Notes under the pieces: generated by a model | The model's database searches: none | What the model was told of the DNA's origin: nothing | Seen by the model: only the letters and a program-made list of their open reading frames with translations | Assembly: GCA_951406725.2 (NCBI GenBank) | Contig: OX597830.1 | Coordinates: 43,772,001 to 43,836,000, forward strand | Direction: 5' to 3' | Length of the DNA stretch: 64,000 bases | Source: Octopus vulgaris | Taxonomy: Eukaryota | Program-made: the position numbers and the translations under genes | Shown: piece by piece, positions 39,530-53,860 of the stretch | Layout: each line of letters opens with the position of its first letter | Position numbering within the stretch: position 1 is the first letter of the stretch

Positions 39530-42500
39530 AGCATCAACCAGGCAGCCCTGGCCTCAACCATGTGACACTGGCATAGACCAAGCTGACACTGGCATTGACC
39601 AGGTGACACTGGCATTGACCAAGAGGGCACTGGCATCGACCAGGCAGCACTGGCATTGACCAGGTGACACTGGCATTGACTAAAGGGGGCACTGGCATCA
39701 ACCAGGCAGCACTGGCATCACCACATGACACTGGCATCGACCAAGGGAGCACTGGCATCGACCAGGCAGCACTGGCATTGACTAGGTGACACTGGCATTG
39801 ACTAAAGAGGGCACTGGCATCAACCACATGACACTGGCATCGACCAAGGGAGCACTGTCATCGACCAGGCAGCACTGGCATTGACCAGGTGACACTGGCA
39901 TTGACTAAAGGGGGCACTGGCATCAACCAGGCAGCACTGGCATTGACCAGGTGACACTGGCATTGACCAAGGGAGCACTGGCATCGACCAGGCAGCACTG
40001 GTATTGACCAGGTGACACTGGCATTGGCGAAGGGAGCACTGGCATCGACCAGGCAGCACTGGCATTGACCAGGTGACACTGGCATTGACCAAGGGAGCAC
40101 TGGCATCGACCAGGCAGCACTGGCATTGACCAGGTGACACTGACAATGACCAAAGGAGCACTGGCATCAACCAGGCAGCACTGGCATTGACCAGGTGACA
40201 CTGGCATTGACCAAGGGAGCACTGGCATCGACCAGGCAGCACTGGCATTGACCAGGTGACACTGGCATTGACTAAAGGGAGCACTGGCATCGACCAGGCA
40301 GCACTGGCATTGACCAGGTGACACTGGCATTGACCAAGGGAGCACTGGCATCGACCAGGCAGCACTGGCATTGACCAGGTGACAATGGCATTGACCAAGG
40401 GAGCACTGGCATCGACCAGGCAGCACTGGCATTGACCAGGTGACACTGGCATTGGCGAAGGGAGCACTGGCATTGACCAGGCAGCACTGGCATTGACCAG
40501 GTGACACTGACAATGACCAAAGGAGCACTGGCATCGACCAGGCAGCACTGGCATTGACCAGGTGACACTGGCATTGACCAAGGGAGCACTGGCATCGACC
40601 AGGCAGCACTGACATTGACCAGGTGACACTGGCATTGACCAAAGGAGCACTGGCATCGACCAGGCAGCACTGGCATTGACCAGGTGACACTGGCATTGAC
40701 CAAGGGAGCACTTGCATCGACCAGGCAGCACTGGCATTGACCAGGTGACACTGGCATTGATCAAAGGAGCACTGGCATTGACCAGGCAGCACTGGTATTG
40801 ACCAGGTGACACTGACAATGACCAAAGGAGCACTGGCATCGACCAGGCAGCACTGGCATTGACCAGGTGACACTGGCATTGACCAAGGGAGCACTGGCAT
40901 CGACCAGGCAGCACTGACATTGACCAGGTGACACTGGCATTGACCAAAGGAGCACTGGCATCGACCAGGCAGCACTGGCATTGACCAGGTGACACTGGCA
41001 TTGACCAAGGGAGCACTGGCATCGACCAGGCAGCACTGGCATTGACCAGGTGACACTGGCATTGACCAAGGGAGCACTGGCATCGACCAGGCAGCACTGG
41101 CATTGACCAGGTGACACTGGCATTGACCAAGGGAGCACTGGCATCGACCAGGCAGCACTGGCATTGACCAGGTGACACTGGCATTGACCAAGGGAGCACT
41201 GGCATCGGGCATCGACCAGGCAGCACTGACATTGACCAGGTGACACTGGCATTGATCAAAGGGGCACTGGCATTGACCAGGCAGCACTGGTATTGACCAG
41301 GTGACACTGACAATGACCAAAGGAGCACTGGCATCGACCAGGCAGCACTGGCATTGACCAGGTGACACTGGCATTGACCAAAGGAGCACTTGCATCGACC
41401 AGGCAGCACTGGCATTGACCAGGTGACACTGGCATTGATCAAAGGGGCACTGGCATTGACCAGGCAGCACTGGTATTGACCAGGTGACACTGACAATGAC
41501 CAAAGGAGCACTGGCATCGACCAGGCAGCACTGGCATTGACCAGGTGACACTGGCATTGACCAAGGGAGCACTGGCATCGACCAGGCAGCACTGACATTG
41601 ACCAGGTGACACTGGCATTGACCAAGGGAGCACTTGCATCGACCAGGCAGCACTGGCATTGACCAGGTGACACTGGCATTGACCAAAGGGGCACTGGCAT
41701 TGACCAGGCAGCACTGGCATTGACCAGGTGACACTGGCATTGACCAAAGGAGCACTGGCATCGACCAGGCAGCACTGGCATTGACCAGGTGACACTGGCA
41801 TTGACCAAGGGAGCACTGGCATTGACCAGGCAGCACTGGCATTGACCAGGTGACACTGGCATTGACCAAAGGAGCACTGGCATTGACCAGGCAGCACTGG
41901 CATTGACCAGGTGACACTGGCATTGACCAAGGGAGCACTGGCATTGACCAGGCAGCACTGACATTGATCAGGTGACACTGGCATTGACCAAAGGAGCACT
42001 GGCATCGACCAGGCAGCACTGGCATTGACCAGGTGACGCTGGCATTGACCAAGGGAGCACTGGCATCGACCAGGCAGCACTGGCATTGACCAGGTGACAC
42101 TGGCATTGACCAAAGGGGCACTGGCATTGACCAGGCAGCACTGGCATTGACCAGGTGACACTGGCATTGACCAAAGGAGCACTGGCATCAACCAGGCAGC
42201 ACTGGCATTGACCAGGTGACAATGGCATTGACCAAGGGAGCACTGGCATCGACCAGGCAGCACTGGCATTGACCAGGTGACACTGGCATTGACCAAGGGA
42301 GCACTGGCATCGACCAGGCAGCACTGGCATTGACCAGGTGACACTGGCATTGATCAAAGGGGCACTGGCATCAACCAGGCAGCACTGGTATTGACCAGGT
42401 GACACTGACAATGACCAAAGGGGCATTGGCATTGACCAGGCAGCACTGGCATTGACCAGGTGACACTGGCATCGACCAAGGGAGCACTGGCATCGACCAG

Positions 42501-42800
42501 GCAGCACTGGCATTGACCAGGTGACACTGGCATTGACCAAAGGGGCACTGGCATTGACCAGGCAGCACTGGCATTGACCAGGCAGCACTGGCATTGACCA
42601 AGGGAGCACTGGCATCGACTAGGCAGCAGTGGCATTAACCAGGTGACACTGGCATTGACCAAAGGGGCACTGGCATTGACCAGGTGACACTGGCATTGAC
42701 CAAGGGAGCACTGGCATCGACCACGCAGCACTGGCATTGACCTGGTGACACTGGCATTGACCAAAGGGGCACTGGCATCAACCAGGCAGCACTAGTATCC
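39530..42800. repeat. Minisatellite, 61-bp unit of 20/20/21-bp subunits, about 53 copies
   Basis: ctggcatcgaccaggcagca + ctggcattgaccaggtgaca + ctggcattgaccaagggagca. Confidence 0.97.
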
Positions 42801-43344
42801 ACCAGTCAGCACTAAATACATTTAATTACAGTGGGAGAGGGTAAATAATTTGAGGCTTTTGACCTTCAGCAAAGAACTGCAAAAACAAAAGCATTCTTTG
42901 ATTGTTTGGTGACATGAAAAGTCATTAAGGAGAACAATTCTCTTATCTACTTTTATTTTCTGTGGAAGGGTCACAGCCTGAAACAGCAGACTTTCTATTC
43001 CTCATTATAATGGAACTTGTCTGATATTCCATGAAATCTTCTTTTAATTTATTGGTGCCAATCAAAGATCTTACTCACTTTTCTCAACCCCATCTTCACC
43101 GTTTTATATTTTATTCCAGTCACACGATGAGCGAAATACTTGGCAGTTTTTCATCTATCTGTACATGTTCTGAGTTTATCTTCTGCCAAGGTCAATTTTG
43201 TTTTCCATCTCTTTGGGGTGGGGGAATGGGTTCAATAATATAAAGTACCAGTTGAATATTGGGGTCAATGAAGTTCATTATCCTCTTCTCCCAATATTTT
43301 AGGTTTTGTGCCTAAAAAAGAAAGGATTATTATGTTTACATTTT

Positions 43345-44478
43345 AGGAAAACTGAAAAGATAGCTTTCGTGTGTGGCAATAGACACCACAGGGGCAATAG
43401 ACACCACAGATGCTCAGAAAACAGATTCCATTACACTCCAGGGGGAGAAACTAGAAGTAGTAGATAGCTTCTGCTACCTAGGTGACCAAGTTAGAAGTGG
43501 GGGTGGATGCTCAGAGAGTATTACCACCAGAATAAGAATTGCCTGGGCAAAGTTTAGAAAGCTTCTACCCCTACTGGCGACAAAGGGTCTCTTGCTCAGA
43601 GTGAAAGGTAGATTGTACGAGGCATATGCTGTTACTGCGGAGGACATGCGTAGGCTCGAAAGAAACAAAGCTAGCATGATCCGCTGGATGTGTAATGTCA
43701 GTGTGCACACATGACAGAGTGTAAGCACCCTGTGAGAAATGTTGGACATAAGAAGCATCAGATGTGGCATGCAAGAGAGACGTTTGCATTGGTATGGTCA
43801 TGTAGTACGGATGGATGAGGAGAGATCTGTGAAGAAGTGCCACTCCCAAACAGTTGAATGGTAGAAGTAGACCCATGAAGATATGGGATGAGGTGGTCAT
43901 GCATGACCTTCGAATGTTGGGCCTCACAGAGGCAATAACGAAAGACCAAGACATCTGGAGATATTCTGTGACTGCGAAGACCCGACAAATGCAGTGAGTT
44001 CACAGCTGTATCCTACACCAGCTTCACATAACCAGCTCCAGCCCAGTCAAAGTACCTTGGATCATAGGACGACCTGCTGTGCTTACCTTGGATCGTTGGG
44101 CGAGTCAAGTACATCAACATCAAAATAAAAATCAAATGGAAATTGTAGTTGTGATACCCATACTGGTGGCACGTAAAAAGCACTATCTGAATGTGGCCGA
44201 TGCCAGCACCACTTTGACTGGCTTCCATGCCGGTGGCATGTAAAAAGCAACAACCGATTGTGGTCATTGCCAGCCTCCTCTGGCCTGCGCTGGTGGCACA
44301 TAAAAAGCACCCACTACATTCACGGAGTGGTTGGCAATAGGAAGGGCATCCAGCTGTAGAAACATTGCCAGATCAGACTGGAGCCTGGTGCAGCCTCCTG
44401 ACTTCCCAGACCCCGGTCAAACCGTCTAACCCATGCCAGCATGGGAAACGGACGTTAAATGATGATGATGATGATGAT
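43345..44478 (+). mobile_element. RTE LINE 3' fragment
   Basis: LEVVDSFCYLGDQ...RIAWAKF; 3' UTR and tail. Confidence 0.9.
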
Positions 44479-44747
44479 TTTAGGAAATTCCTGCTAGCCT
44501 TTTGGAACCCACAAGATGGTCGCACAGCCAGAAGTTGATAGCCAATGGCAAAGGGAGATAATCACATATTATTTACCCTTGTAGCAAGGCTCCCCCCTGC
44601 TTATATTTTGAAGAGGTATTAGGCCAACAGGTTTTGGGGTTTGATGATACACCATAAAGCTAAACTTTTTATGGACGGGAAACCCAGGGTAATCTATAAA
44701 AGGGCCTTCCCCACTTTTAATGTGTGTGTGTGTGTGTGTGCGCGTGT

Positions 44748-44804
<57 letters not shown>

Positions 44805-44805
44805 C

Positions 44806-44856
<51 letters not shown>

Positions 44857-44960
44857 GAGATAGATAGATAGATAGACAGACAGATAGATCAGACAGTGAG
44901 ACAGAGAGACAGATATACACTTACATATATACATGTATATGTGCATGTATAAATAAATAA

Positions 44961-45004
<44 letters not shown>

Positions 45005-45372
45005 ATACACACACACATACACACATAGTACACACTCACAGAGGAGGAGAGAAAGAAAGAGGATTAGTCTTTTTTGCTCATATAATGCTGTCTTTTCTCA
45101 TTTATGTTGTTTAACTGTAATATTCTTTTAAGCTTACATTTAACATAGTTTTTACACAATGTGAATAATCAGTCAGTTTAATTGAGCGTGCAGCAGTGCG
45201 CAACAAACAGCAGCAGCAGCAGTAGTGCACCAGCTCCCTGCAACATGCAGCTGCTATTTAAACCAAGTGACCTTTTACTAATATTTGTGAGTGAAAGCAA
45301 TATGAATGATGAGAGAGAAAGATAGAGAAAGAGAGATAGAGGGTGATAGACAGACAGAGAGAGAAAGACAGA

Positions 45373-45414
<42 letters not shown>

Positions 45415-45420
<6 letters not shown>

Positions 45421-47053
45421 ATGCACCAAGTGTAAGCTATGGACACATAAGAGGTGCAGCAATGTCATAGGAAGGCTAAGTAGGAAGATGGTTTTTGTAT
45501 GTGGCAGATGCTCGGGAGCATTAACCTCTGAAAATCTGCAGAAAACAACTTCCGTCACTTTCCAGGGGAAAAACTAGAAGTAGTTGATAGCTTCCGTTAT
45601 CTTGGTGACCAAGTCAGTAGTGGGGGTGGGTGTGCTGAAAGTGTAACGGCTAGAGTAAGAATAGCCTGGGCAAAGTTTAGGGAGCTCTTACCTCTGTTGG
45701 TGACTAAAGGCCTCTCGCTCAGAGTAAAAGGCAGACTGTATGATGCATGTGTATGAACAGCCATGCTACATGGCAGTGAAACATGGGCCGTGACTGCTGA
45801 GGACATGCGTAAGCTCGCGAGAAATGAAGCTAGTATGCTCCGTTGGATGTGTAATGTCAGTGTTCATAGTCGACAGAGTGTAAGTACCTTGAGAGAAAAG
45901 TTGGACCTAAGAGGAATCAGATGTTGTGTGCAAGAGAGACGATTGCGCTGGTATGGTCATGTGGTGAGAATGGATGAAGATAGGTGTGTGAAAAAGTGCC
46001 ACACCCTGGCAGTTGAGGGGACCTGTGGAAGAGGTAGACCCAGGAAAACCTGGGTCGAGGTGGTGAAGCACGACCTTCGAACTCTAGGTCTCACCAAGGA
46101 AATGACCAGAGACCGAGACCTATGGAAGTATGCTGTGCGTGAGAAGACCCGGCAAGACCAGTGAGAACAATCAAAATCAAATCATATATCAGAAAGCAGG
46201 GGTTAAGTGACCCATCCATTCGTGTCCGCTGTCAGCCTCGTCTGGCACCCGTGCCGGTGATACGTAAAAGCACCATTCGCTCATGGCCGTTTGCCAGCTC
46301 TGCCTGGCCCCGTGTCGGTGGCACGTAAAAGCACCATCCATTCATGTTTGTTGCCAGCCTCGCCTGGCCCCGTGCCGGTGACACGTAAAAGCACCGTCCG
46401 TTCGTGGCCGTTTGCCAGCTCTGTCTGGCCCCGTGTCAGTGGCACGTAAAAGCACCATCCGTTCGTGGCCATTTGCCAGCTCTGTCTGGCCCCGTGTCGG
46501 TGGCACGTAAAAGCACCATCCGTTCGTGTCTGTTGCCAGCCTCGGCTGGCCCCCGTGCCGGTGACACGTAAAAGCACCGTCCGCTCGTGGCCGTTTGCCA
46601 GCTCTGTCTGGCAACCGTGTCGGTGGCACGTAAAAGCACCATCCGTTCGCGTCCGTTGCCAGCCTCGGCTGGCCCCCGTGCCGGTGACACGTAAAAGCAC
46701 CGTCTGTTCGTGGCCAGTTGCCAGCTCTGTCTGGCCCCGTGTCGGTGGCACGTAAAAGCACCATCCGTTCGTGTCCGTTGCCAGCATCGCCTGGCCCCGT
46801 GCCGGTGACACGTAAAAGCACCATCCGTTTGTGGCCGTTCGCCAGCTCTGTCTGGCACCTGTGCAGGTGGCACGTAAAAAACACCCACTACACTCGCGGA
46901 GTGGTTGGCGTTAGGAAGGGCATCCAGCCGTAGAAACACTGCCAGATCTGACTGGGCCTGACGAAGCCTTCCATCTTCACAGACCCCAGTTGACCCGTCC
47001 AACCCATGCTAGCATGGAAAGCGGACGCTAAACGATGATGATGATGATGATGA
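45415..47053 (+). mobile_element. RTE LINE 3' part with expanded 3'-UTR tandem repeat
   Basis: LHGSETW...RLRWYGHV...RGRPRKTW; starts at a (TA)n tract, ends in (ATG)n. Confidence 0.92.
46210..46880. repeat. ~60-bp tandem repeat (about 11 copies, two alternating variants) in RTE 3' UTR
   Basis: cacgtaaaagcacc recurs about every 60 bp. Confidence 0.92.
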
Positions 47054-47074
47054 TATATATATATATATATATAT

Positions 47075-47300
47075 AAGCGAGCTGGCAGAAACGCTAGCAC
47101 GCTGGGCGAAATGCTTTGTGGTATTTCGTCCACTGCTGCATTCTGAGTTCAAATTCCACCGAGGTCGACTTTGCCTTTCATCCTTTTGGGGTTGATAAAT
47201 TAAGTACTAGTTATGCACTGGGGTCAATGTGATCGACTTAATCCATTTGTCTGTCCTCGTTTGTCCCCTCTGTGTTTAGCCCCTTGTGGGTAGTAAAGAA
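47075..47300 (+). mobile_element. tRNA-derived SINE family 2 (many copies, e.g. 19710-19925, 54988-55205, 55217-55360)
   Basis: gagctggcagaa...gagttcaaattcc B-box...gtcgactttgcctttcatcc. Confidence 0.88.
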
Positions 47301-47801
47301 ATATATATGTATATGTATGTATGTACGTATGTATGTATCTTTTCCACTTCTTTTTCTTTTTTCCTTTTTCTTCTTGTTTTCTTCTTTCTTCTTTTTTCAC
47401 ACATGATGTATCTACTTTTTGTCTTCTTTTGTTGTTTTATATCAATTTTTATATTTTTTATTTTCATCTTTTATTTTCTATTTCTGTTTTTATTTTTTAT
47501 CTGTATACTTGTAAGAAAATATCTTTTGCAATATAAGCAGCCTTCTAAACCAAAGAATTTCAGTTTGAAAACAGTTATCGAAAAGTTCAGAATTCATTAG
47601 AGTAACAGGAAACATTATCATTAAAGTAAAAATCACCACCCCAAAAGCCATCTCTACTCATTTTTACAAATATATTACACTGTACCAAGAGCTCTTTTTT
47701 CATTCTACTATATATGTATGTATGTATGTATGTATGCATGTACTATATATATATAGAGAGAGACAGACAGATAGAAAGAGACAGACAGAGGGATAGATAG
47801 C

Positions 47802-47883
<82 letters not shown>

Positions 47884-50106
47884 GGGATAGATAGCGATAT
47901 ATATATATAGACAGATACAGACAGACAGACAGACAGACAGAGGGATAGATAGCGATATATATATATAGACAGATACAGACAGACAGACAGACAAACAGAC
48001 AGAGAAAATGATGGGCGTTGATTTATTTGATATTTGATGCTAACAACAATCCTTAAAATTTTTTCCATTAAGGAAGTTAGGTGCGGGCATGGCTGTGTGG
48101 TAAGAAGCTTGCTTCCCAACCACATGGCTCTGGATTCCATCCCACTGCATGGCACTTTTGGCAAATGTCTTCTACTATAGCCTCGGGTCAACCAAAAGCC
48201 TTGTGAGTGGATTTGGTAGACAGAAACTGAGAGAAGCCTGCTGTGTGTGCGTGTGTGTGTGTGTGTGTTTGTCCCCCATCACTGCTTCACAACCAGTGTT
48301 GGTGTGTTTACATCTCTGTAACTTAGTGGTTTGGTAAAAGAGATCAACAGAATAAGTACCATGCTCAAAAATAATGAATAAGTACTGGGTGCGATTCATT
48401 CGATTAAAATTCTTCAAGGTGGTGCCCCAGCATGGCCACAGTCTAATGACTGAAAACAAGTAAAAAATAAAAGATGATAAAAAATAATAGGTTACAGAGT
48501 GAGTTTATAGAATTATAGCAATTAAAAAATGGAGTTAATAGTAGTAGGGTGCACATAACGAGGAAATGATTTGTTATAACCAAATGATTCAATGTATGTC
48601 ATCCTAGACAAGACCTTATCACAAACTACAGACACCTGTATTTTAGCTCAAAAGGTGGAACAGTAAAAAAAAAAGACATTGGTAGATTTTATGAAAGAAA
48701 TATATGAAACGCAATTGTACAACCTTTAACTCTTTTGTTACCAACCCAGCTGAAACCACTTCTGGCTCTGTAGTACAAATGTCTTGTTTTCATAAGTTTT
48801 GAATTAAAATCTTCCACCAAACCTTAGTCACAATTTATGTTCCTAACACTAGTTTAATGATAACTGAGTTATTTTACTAAATTCTTTGTTATATTTAAAA
48901 TTAATTGAAAGAAACACAGAGCATCTCAAAATAAATACAGTAATGAAAGGGTTATTGAATTGTTGGGTGAACATTGAAAGATGTCATAAAGAACACTGAA
49001 GTGAAGTCATTCTGGCAGAAATTATCATCCTCCAAGCTATTAACTATAGTTTTACTTGTGTGTTCAATTTCTGGCAATAATTAATATCTGCTAATTACTT
49101 TTCATGCTCTACTTCTACTTTACATAGGCTATTCATGTGAAACCAATTTTTTTTTCTTTTGGCACATGTGTGTGTATGTGTGTGCATGAATGTGTGCGTG
49201 TGTTTGTTTGTGTGTGAATGTGTGTGTGTGTGTGTGTTTAAATGGTTATATACAGGAAAGATATTACCAATGAATGGTATAAACCATCTCAGTTGGTTGA
49301 GATATATAGAACAATATGTCTAAATAGCTTAACCTTCTGTCAATCGAACAGAGACTGCACTCTTGGTTTACAGTGTGTGTTGCTGTGTTGCTTGTTGGTG
49401 TTGTACTGTAGCAATGCTGGATGTGTTGTTAGCTGCATGAATAATAACTAAAAAAAAAAAACACACACACACACACAAACGTTTAACTTGATTACTTATT
49501 GCTGAACAGGATATTTTGTGTTGGCAATTTACAATGAAAAATTATAATAATACAATTGTCGACTGGGAGGAGAGAAAACCTGCACCATGTCCATAGACAG
49601 CTACTTATGGGGCATCATGTGAATGTGCAGAACACAGTTTTGTCTGAGCACCTGAAACCACTTGCACAAAACTCCAAAGCCATCTGCTTAAACACCCGAG
49701 GAGTTAGCCACCGAACGGTTTTTATGGGATAAAAAGAGGATAAATTCTAGAACATTGTGCCTAAAGTAGAAATGATTACGGAGCTTTTATGGGTGCAATT
49801 GTTTACTCTGCTAGAAAAACAGCCAAATCTCTCTTAAGTCACACCACTGTCTTTAAAAAAAATGATATACTGGGTAATATAATATGATCCTAGATGCACT
49901 TTAAGAAGAAAAAAAAAGGAAAGTGAAGGGATGTGAGGATTGACCTGGAGTCTAATGTCAACCTCTGCAAATAAACCCAAATTATGAACTTTAAAGCCTC
50001 TTCAGTCAAGTCAGTTGCGTATTTCAAGGTTTGAGTCTACTTCAACACGTGTATAGCTTGTAACTATGTCAAGAGATAAAACATGTGAACTATTAAAGTT
50101 CACCCC

Positions 50107-50140
<34 letters not shown>

Positions 50141-50363
50141 ATTCTTTTACTTGTTGCAGTCATTTGACTGTGGCCATGCTGGAGCACTGCCTTTAGTTGA
50201 ACAAACTAACCCCAGAACTTATTTGTAAGCCTGGTACTTATTCTATCAGTCTCTTTTGCCAAACCACTAGGTTATGGTGATATAGACACACCCTGCCTGT
50301 CTGTGTGTCTATCTATACATCTGTCTATCTCTTTCTCTCTCTCTTTCTCTATCTCTCTATCTA

Positions 50364-50394
<31 letters not shown>

Positions 50395-50416
50395 GCCTGC
50401 CTGCCTGCCTGCCTGC

Positions 50417-50464
<48 letters not shown>

Positions 50465-50512
50465 TTGTCTGCTGTCTATCTATCTCTATTTATCTATCTA
50501 ACTCCCTCTCTT

Positions 50513-50577
<65 letters not shown>

Positions 50578-51647
50578 ATGCTTCGCAATTGTGAGAACAG
50601 AAGAAACACAATTTGGACTTTACTAATTCCCTGCATCACATGATAAGAAACACATGGCAACAATCAAGTAACTAGAAAATGTGAGGCATTGTCACTTCAC
50701 AAAACTGACAGATATTAATTTGATCCCACCAGCACTGGCAACCACCACCACCACCACCATGCACAACGACCCCCACCCTCATCCTTTAGCATACAGCACT
50801 CACACAAAACTGATTACTCCACACGAAAGTGTTCAATGAGGTTCAATACATTGGACTGTATATCTTTTATCTTATATGTGTTTCAGTCATGAGACCGTGG
50901 CCATGCTGGGACATTGAAGAATTTTTAGGCGAACAAAGGAACCCCTGTACTTACTCTTTTACTCTTTTACTTGTTTCAGTCATTTTTGACTGCGGCCATG
51001 CTGGAGCACCGCCTTTAATCGAGCAACTCGACCCTGGGACTTATTCTTTTGTAAGCCCAGTACTTATTCTATCGGTCTCTTTTGCCGAACCGCTAAGCAA
51101 CGGGGACATAAACACACCAGCATCGGTTGTCAAGCAATGCTAAGGGGACAAACACACACACGCATACATATATATACATATATACGACGGGCTTCTTTCA
51201 GTTTCCGTCTACCAAATCCACTCACAAGGCTTTGGTCGGCCCGAGGCTATAGTAGAAGACACTTGCCCAAGGTGCCACGCAGTGGGACTGAACCCGGAAC
51301 CATGTGGTTGGTAGACAAGCTACTTACCACACAGCCACTCCTGCGCCTTGTTTTGCTTTTCTTTTTTTTTATACCTGGTAGGCATTCTTATCAGTCCCTT
51401 CTGCCAAACTGCTAAGTTACAAGGAAGTATGCAAGCCAACACCAGTTGTCAAGCAGCAGTGGGGTATAAACACAAACACACACACACGGTAAGAAGCTTG
51501 TTTACCAACCACATGGTTCTGGGTTCAGTCCCAATGTGTGGCACCTTGGGTAAGTGTCTTCTACTATAGCCTCAGCCTGACCAAAGCCTTGTGAGTGGAT
51601 TTAGTAGACGGAAACTGAAAGAAGCCCATCGTGTATACATACATACA

Positions 51648-53097
51648 TATCCCCCTCCTATTTATCATAGTCCTCCAGGCAATAACGGAGGAATTCAAGA
51701 CAGGATGCCCTTGGGAGCTCCTCTATGCTGATGACCTTGCTCTAATTGCTGAGTCGCTATCAGAACTGGAGGAGAAGTTTCAGGTGTGGAAACAAGGATT
51801 AGAATCGAAGGGCCTCAGAGTCAATCTAGCTAAAACCAAAGTCGTAATCAGTAGGAAGGTAGACAAATCACAAACACCTTCAGGTAGATGGCCCTGCTCG
51901 ATCTGTAGAAAAGGTGTAGGTAGAAACTCTATAAGATGCACCAAGTGTAAGCTATGGACACATAAGAGATGCAGCAATGTCAAAGGAAGGCTAACTAGGA
52001 AGATGGTTTTTGTATGTGGCAGATGCTCAGGAACAATAAACACTGAAAATGCTCTGAGACCAACTTCCGTCACTTTCCAGGGAGAAAAACTAGAAATAGT
52101 TGATAGTTTCCGTTACCTAGGTGACCAAGTCAGCAGCGGGGGCGGGTGTGCTGAAAGTGTAACTGCTAGAGTAAGAATAGCTTGGGCAAAGTTCAGAGAG
52201 CTCTTACCTCTGCTGGTGACAAAAGGCCTCTCGCACAGAGTGAAAGGCAGACTGTATGATGCGTGTGTACGAACAGCCATGCTACATGGCAGTGAAACAT
52301 GGGCCGTGACTGCTGAGGATATGCGTAAGCTCGCTAGAAATGAAGCCAGTATGCTCCGATGGATGTGTAATGCCGGTACTCACACTCGGCAGAGTGTAAG
52401 TACCGTGAGCACTGAGGAAATGACTAGAGACCGAGACCTCTGGAAGTGTGCTGTGCGCGAGAAGACCCGGCAGGACAAGTGAGTCCATAACCCGTGGCCT
52501 TCTACATGGGATGGAGCCGGCCTACGTATGCATACCTTCCCTTCTTGGGACACAAAACTCTACTTGTGAAGACGTGTTGAGGCAAGTGAGGATCAGAATC
52601 GAAATCGATCAATGGAAATTGCGGATGTGCTACCAGTGCCAGTGGCATGTCAAAACTCTGCTTGTGAAGACCCGTTGAGGCAAGTGAGGATCAGAATCGA
52701 AATCGATCAATGGAAATCGATCAATGGAAATTGCAGATGTGTTACCAGTGCCGGTGGCATGTAAGAGAACTTTCCGTTTCGCGACCGTTGCCAGCACCGC
52801 CCCGTTTCGTGTCCGTTGCCAGCCTCGCCTGGCCCTCGTGCCGGTGGCACATAAAAAGCACCATCCGTTCGTGGCTGTTTGCCAGCTCTGTCTGGCACCA
52901 GTGCGGGTGGCACGTAAAAAGCACCCACTACACTCACGGAGTGGTTGGCGTTAGGAAGGGCATCCAGCCGTAGAAACACTGCCAGATTTGACTGGGCCTG
53001 ATGAAGCCTTCTGGCTTCACAGACCCCAGTAGAACCGTCCAACCCATGCTAGCATGGAAAACGGACGCTAAACGATGATGATGATGATGATGATGAT
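51648..53097 (+). mobile_element. RTE LINE 3' part with internal deletion near 52405
   Basis: PLLFIIVL...YADD...; QSVST is fused directly to TEEMTRDR, so the RLRWYGHV segment is missing. Confidence 0.92.
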
Positions 53098-53099
53098 AT

Positions 53100-53860
53100 C
53101 TATATAATATGTTACATTACTCGGTAGTCAAGATAAAACTCTGAGTTTCAGATGCCGAAGTGGAAATCCACAACACCATCTCTTCGGTTATCTGGCTATT
53201 TGAAAACGTTATGAAAAAATACCGTTAAATAAAGGGAAATTACCCTGTTATAACTCTGCTTGCCTGCGTACTTATACATCACTCGCATTTTTCGTCATAA
53301 AAATTATATAAAAATACATTAAAAATATATAAAAAATATATAAAAATATATAAAAATATATAAATTCTTCTTGGGACATAACATAGAAAGCATGTTCTAT
53401 CTGTTTTCTTTAGGGGACCAAAAACGTAACAGAAATTTAGTCACATGTGGGCATGATCCGAAAAGCTCTGTCCTTGTATTTAGACATGTAGTAGGGTCTA
53501 AGCTGCTTTTCCAGATAAGCCATCTCTCCATGTCGCATAGACCGCACCTTCCGCTGCCGTTAGTATAGGGCTTACATCTGGCCAAAATCTTCCATTGTAT
53601 GTTATAATCGACACCTTTATCTCTTAAAGACCAAATATGATTAGACAATTGTGTCGCTTTTCTTTTGTTCCAGTGCCTAAAGCTCAAAGTGTGGTTATTG
53701 AACCTGGCCTTGAAATTACCCTCTGTAAGGCCCACGCATTTCTTCGTCGAAACGGTGTCTTTAGTGGTTATAGAGTTTACGGTAGCTTCATATATGATGG
53801 TCTTGGACATGCAAGCTCCATTTAGCGGGCACAATTCTTTATTCCTGCATGAACAGCTGT
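53100..53860 (-). mobile_element. Penelope-like element 3' end: GIY-YIG endonuclease plus 3' region with hammerhead motif
   Basis: IIYEA...CVGLTE..FKARFNNH...LSNHIW...CGLCDMER...LNTRTE...CPH is a PLE GIY-YIG C-terminus. Confidence 0.9.
53125..53198 (-). ncRNA. Hammerhead-like motif (core CCGAAGA) of the Penelope element
   Basis: AGAUAA-CCGAAGA-GAUG...CAUC-U-GAAACUCAGAGUU^UUAUCU. Confidence 0.65.

Noticed and set aside
39534-42764. 700-aa Cys/Trp-rich ORFs in all three minus frames
   Set aside because: They result from a stop-free 61-bp repeat (the same peptide cycles through all frames) derived from an RTE UTR; not a gene
39530-42800. CRISPR-like repeat-spacer appearance
   Set aside because: No unique spacers, no cas genes, eukaryotic context
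44480-44715. CCAAT, TATAAAAG and kB-like words suggesting a promoter
   Set aside because: Short motifs expected by chance; no downstream exon identified
51725-51735. CTGATGA hits at RTE YADD codons and in RTE UTRs
   Set aside because: Explained by coding or UTR sequence; no GAAA partner or stems
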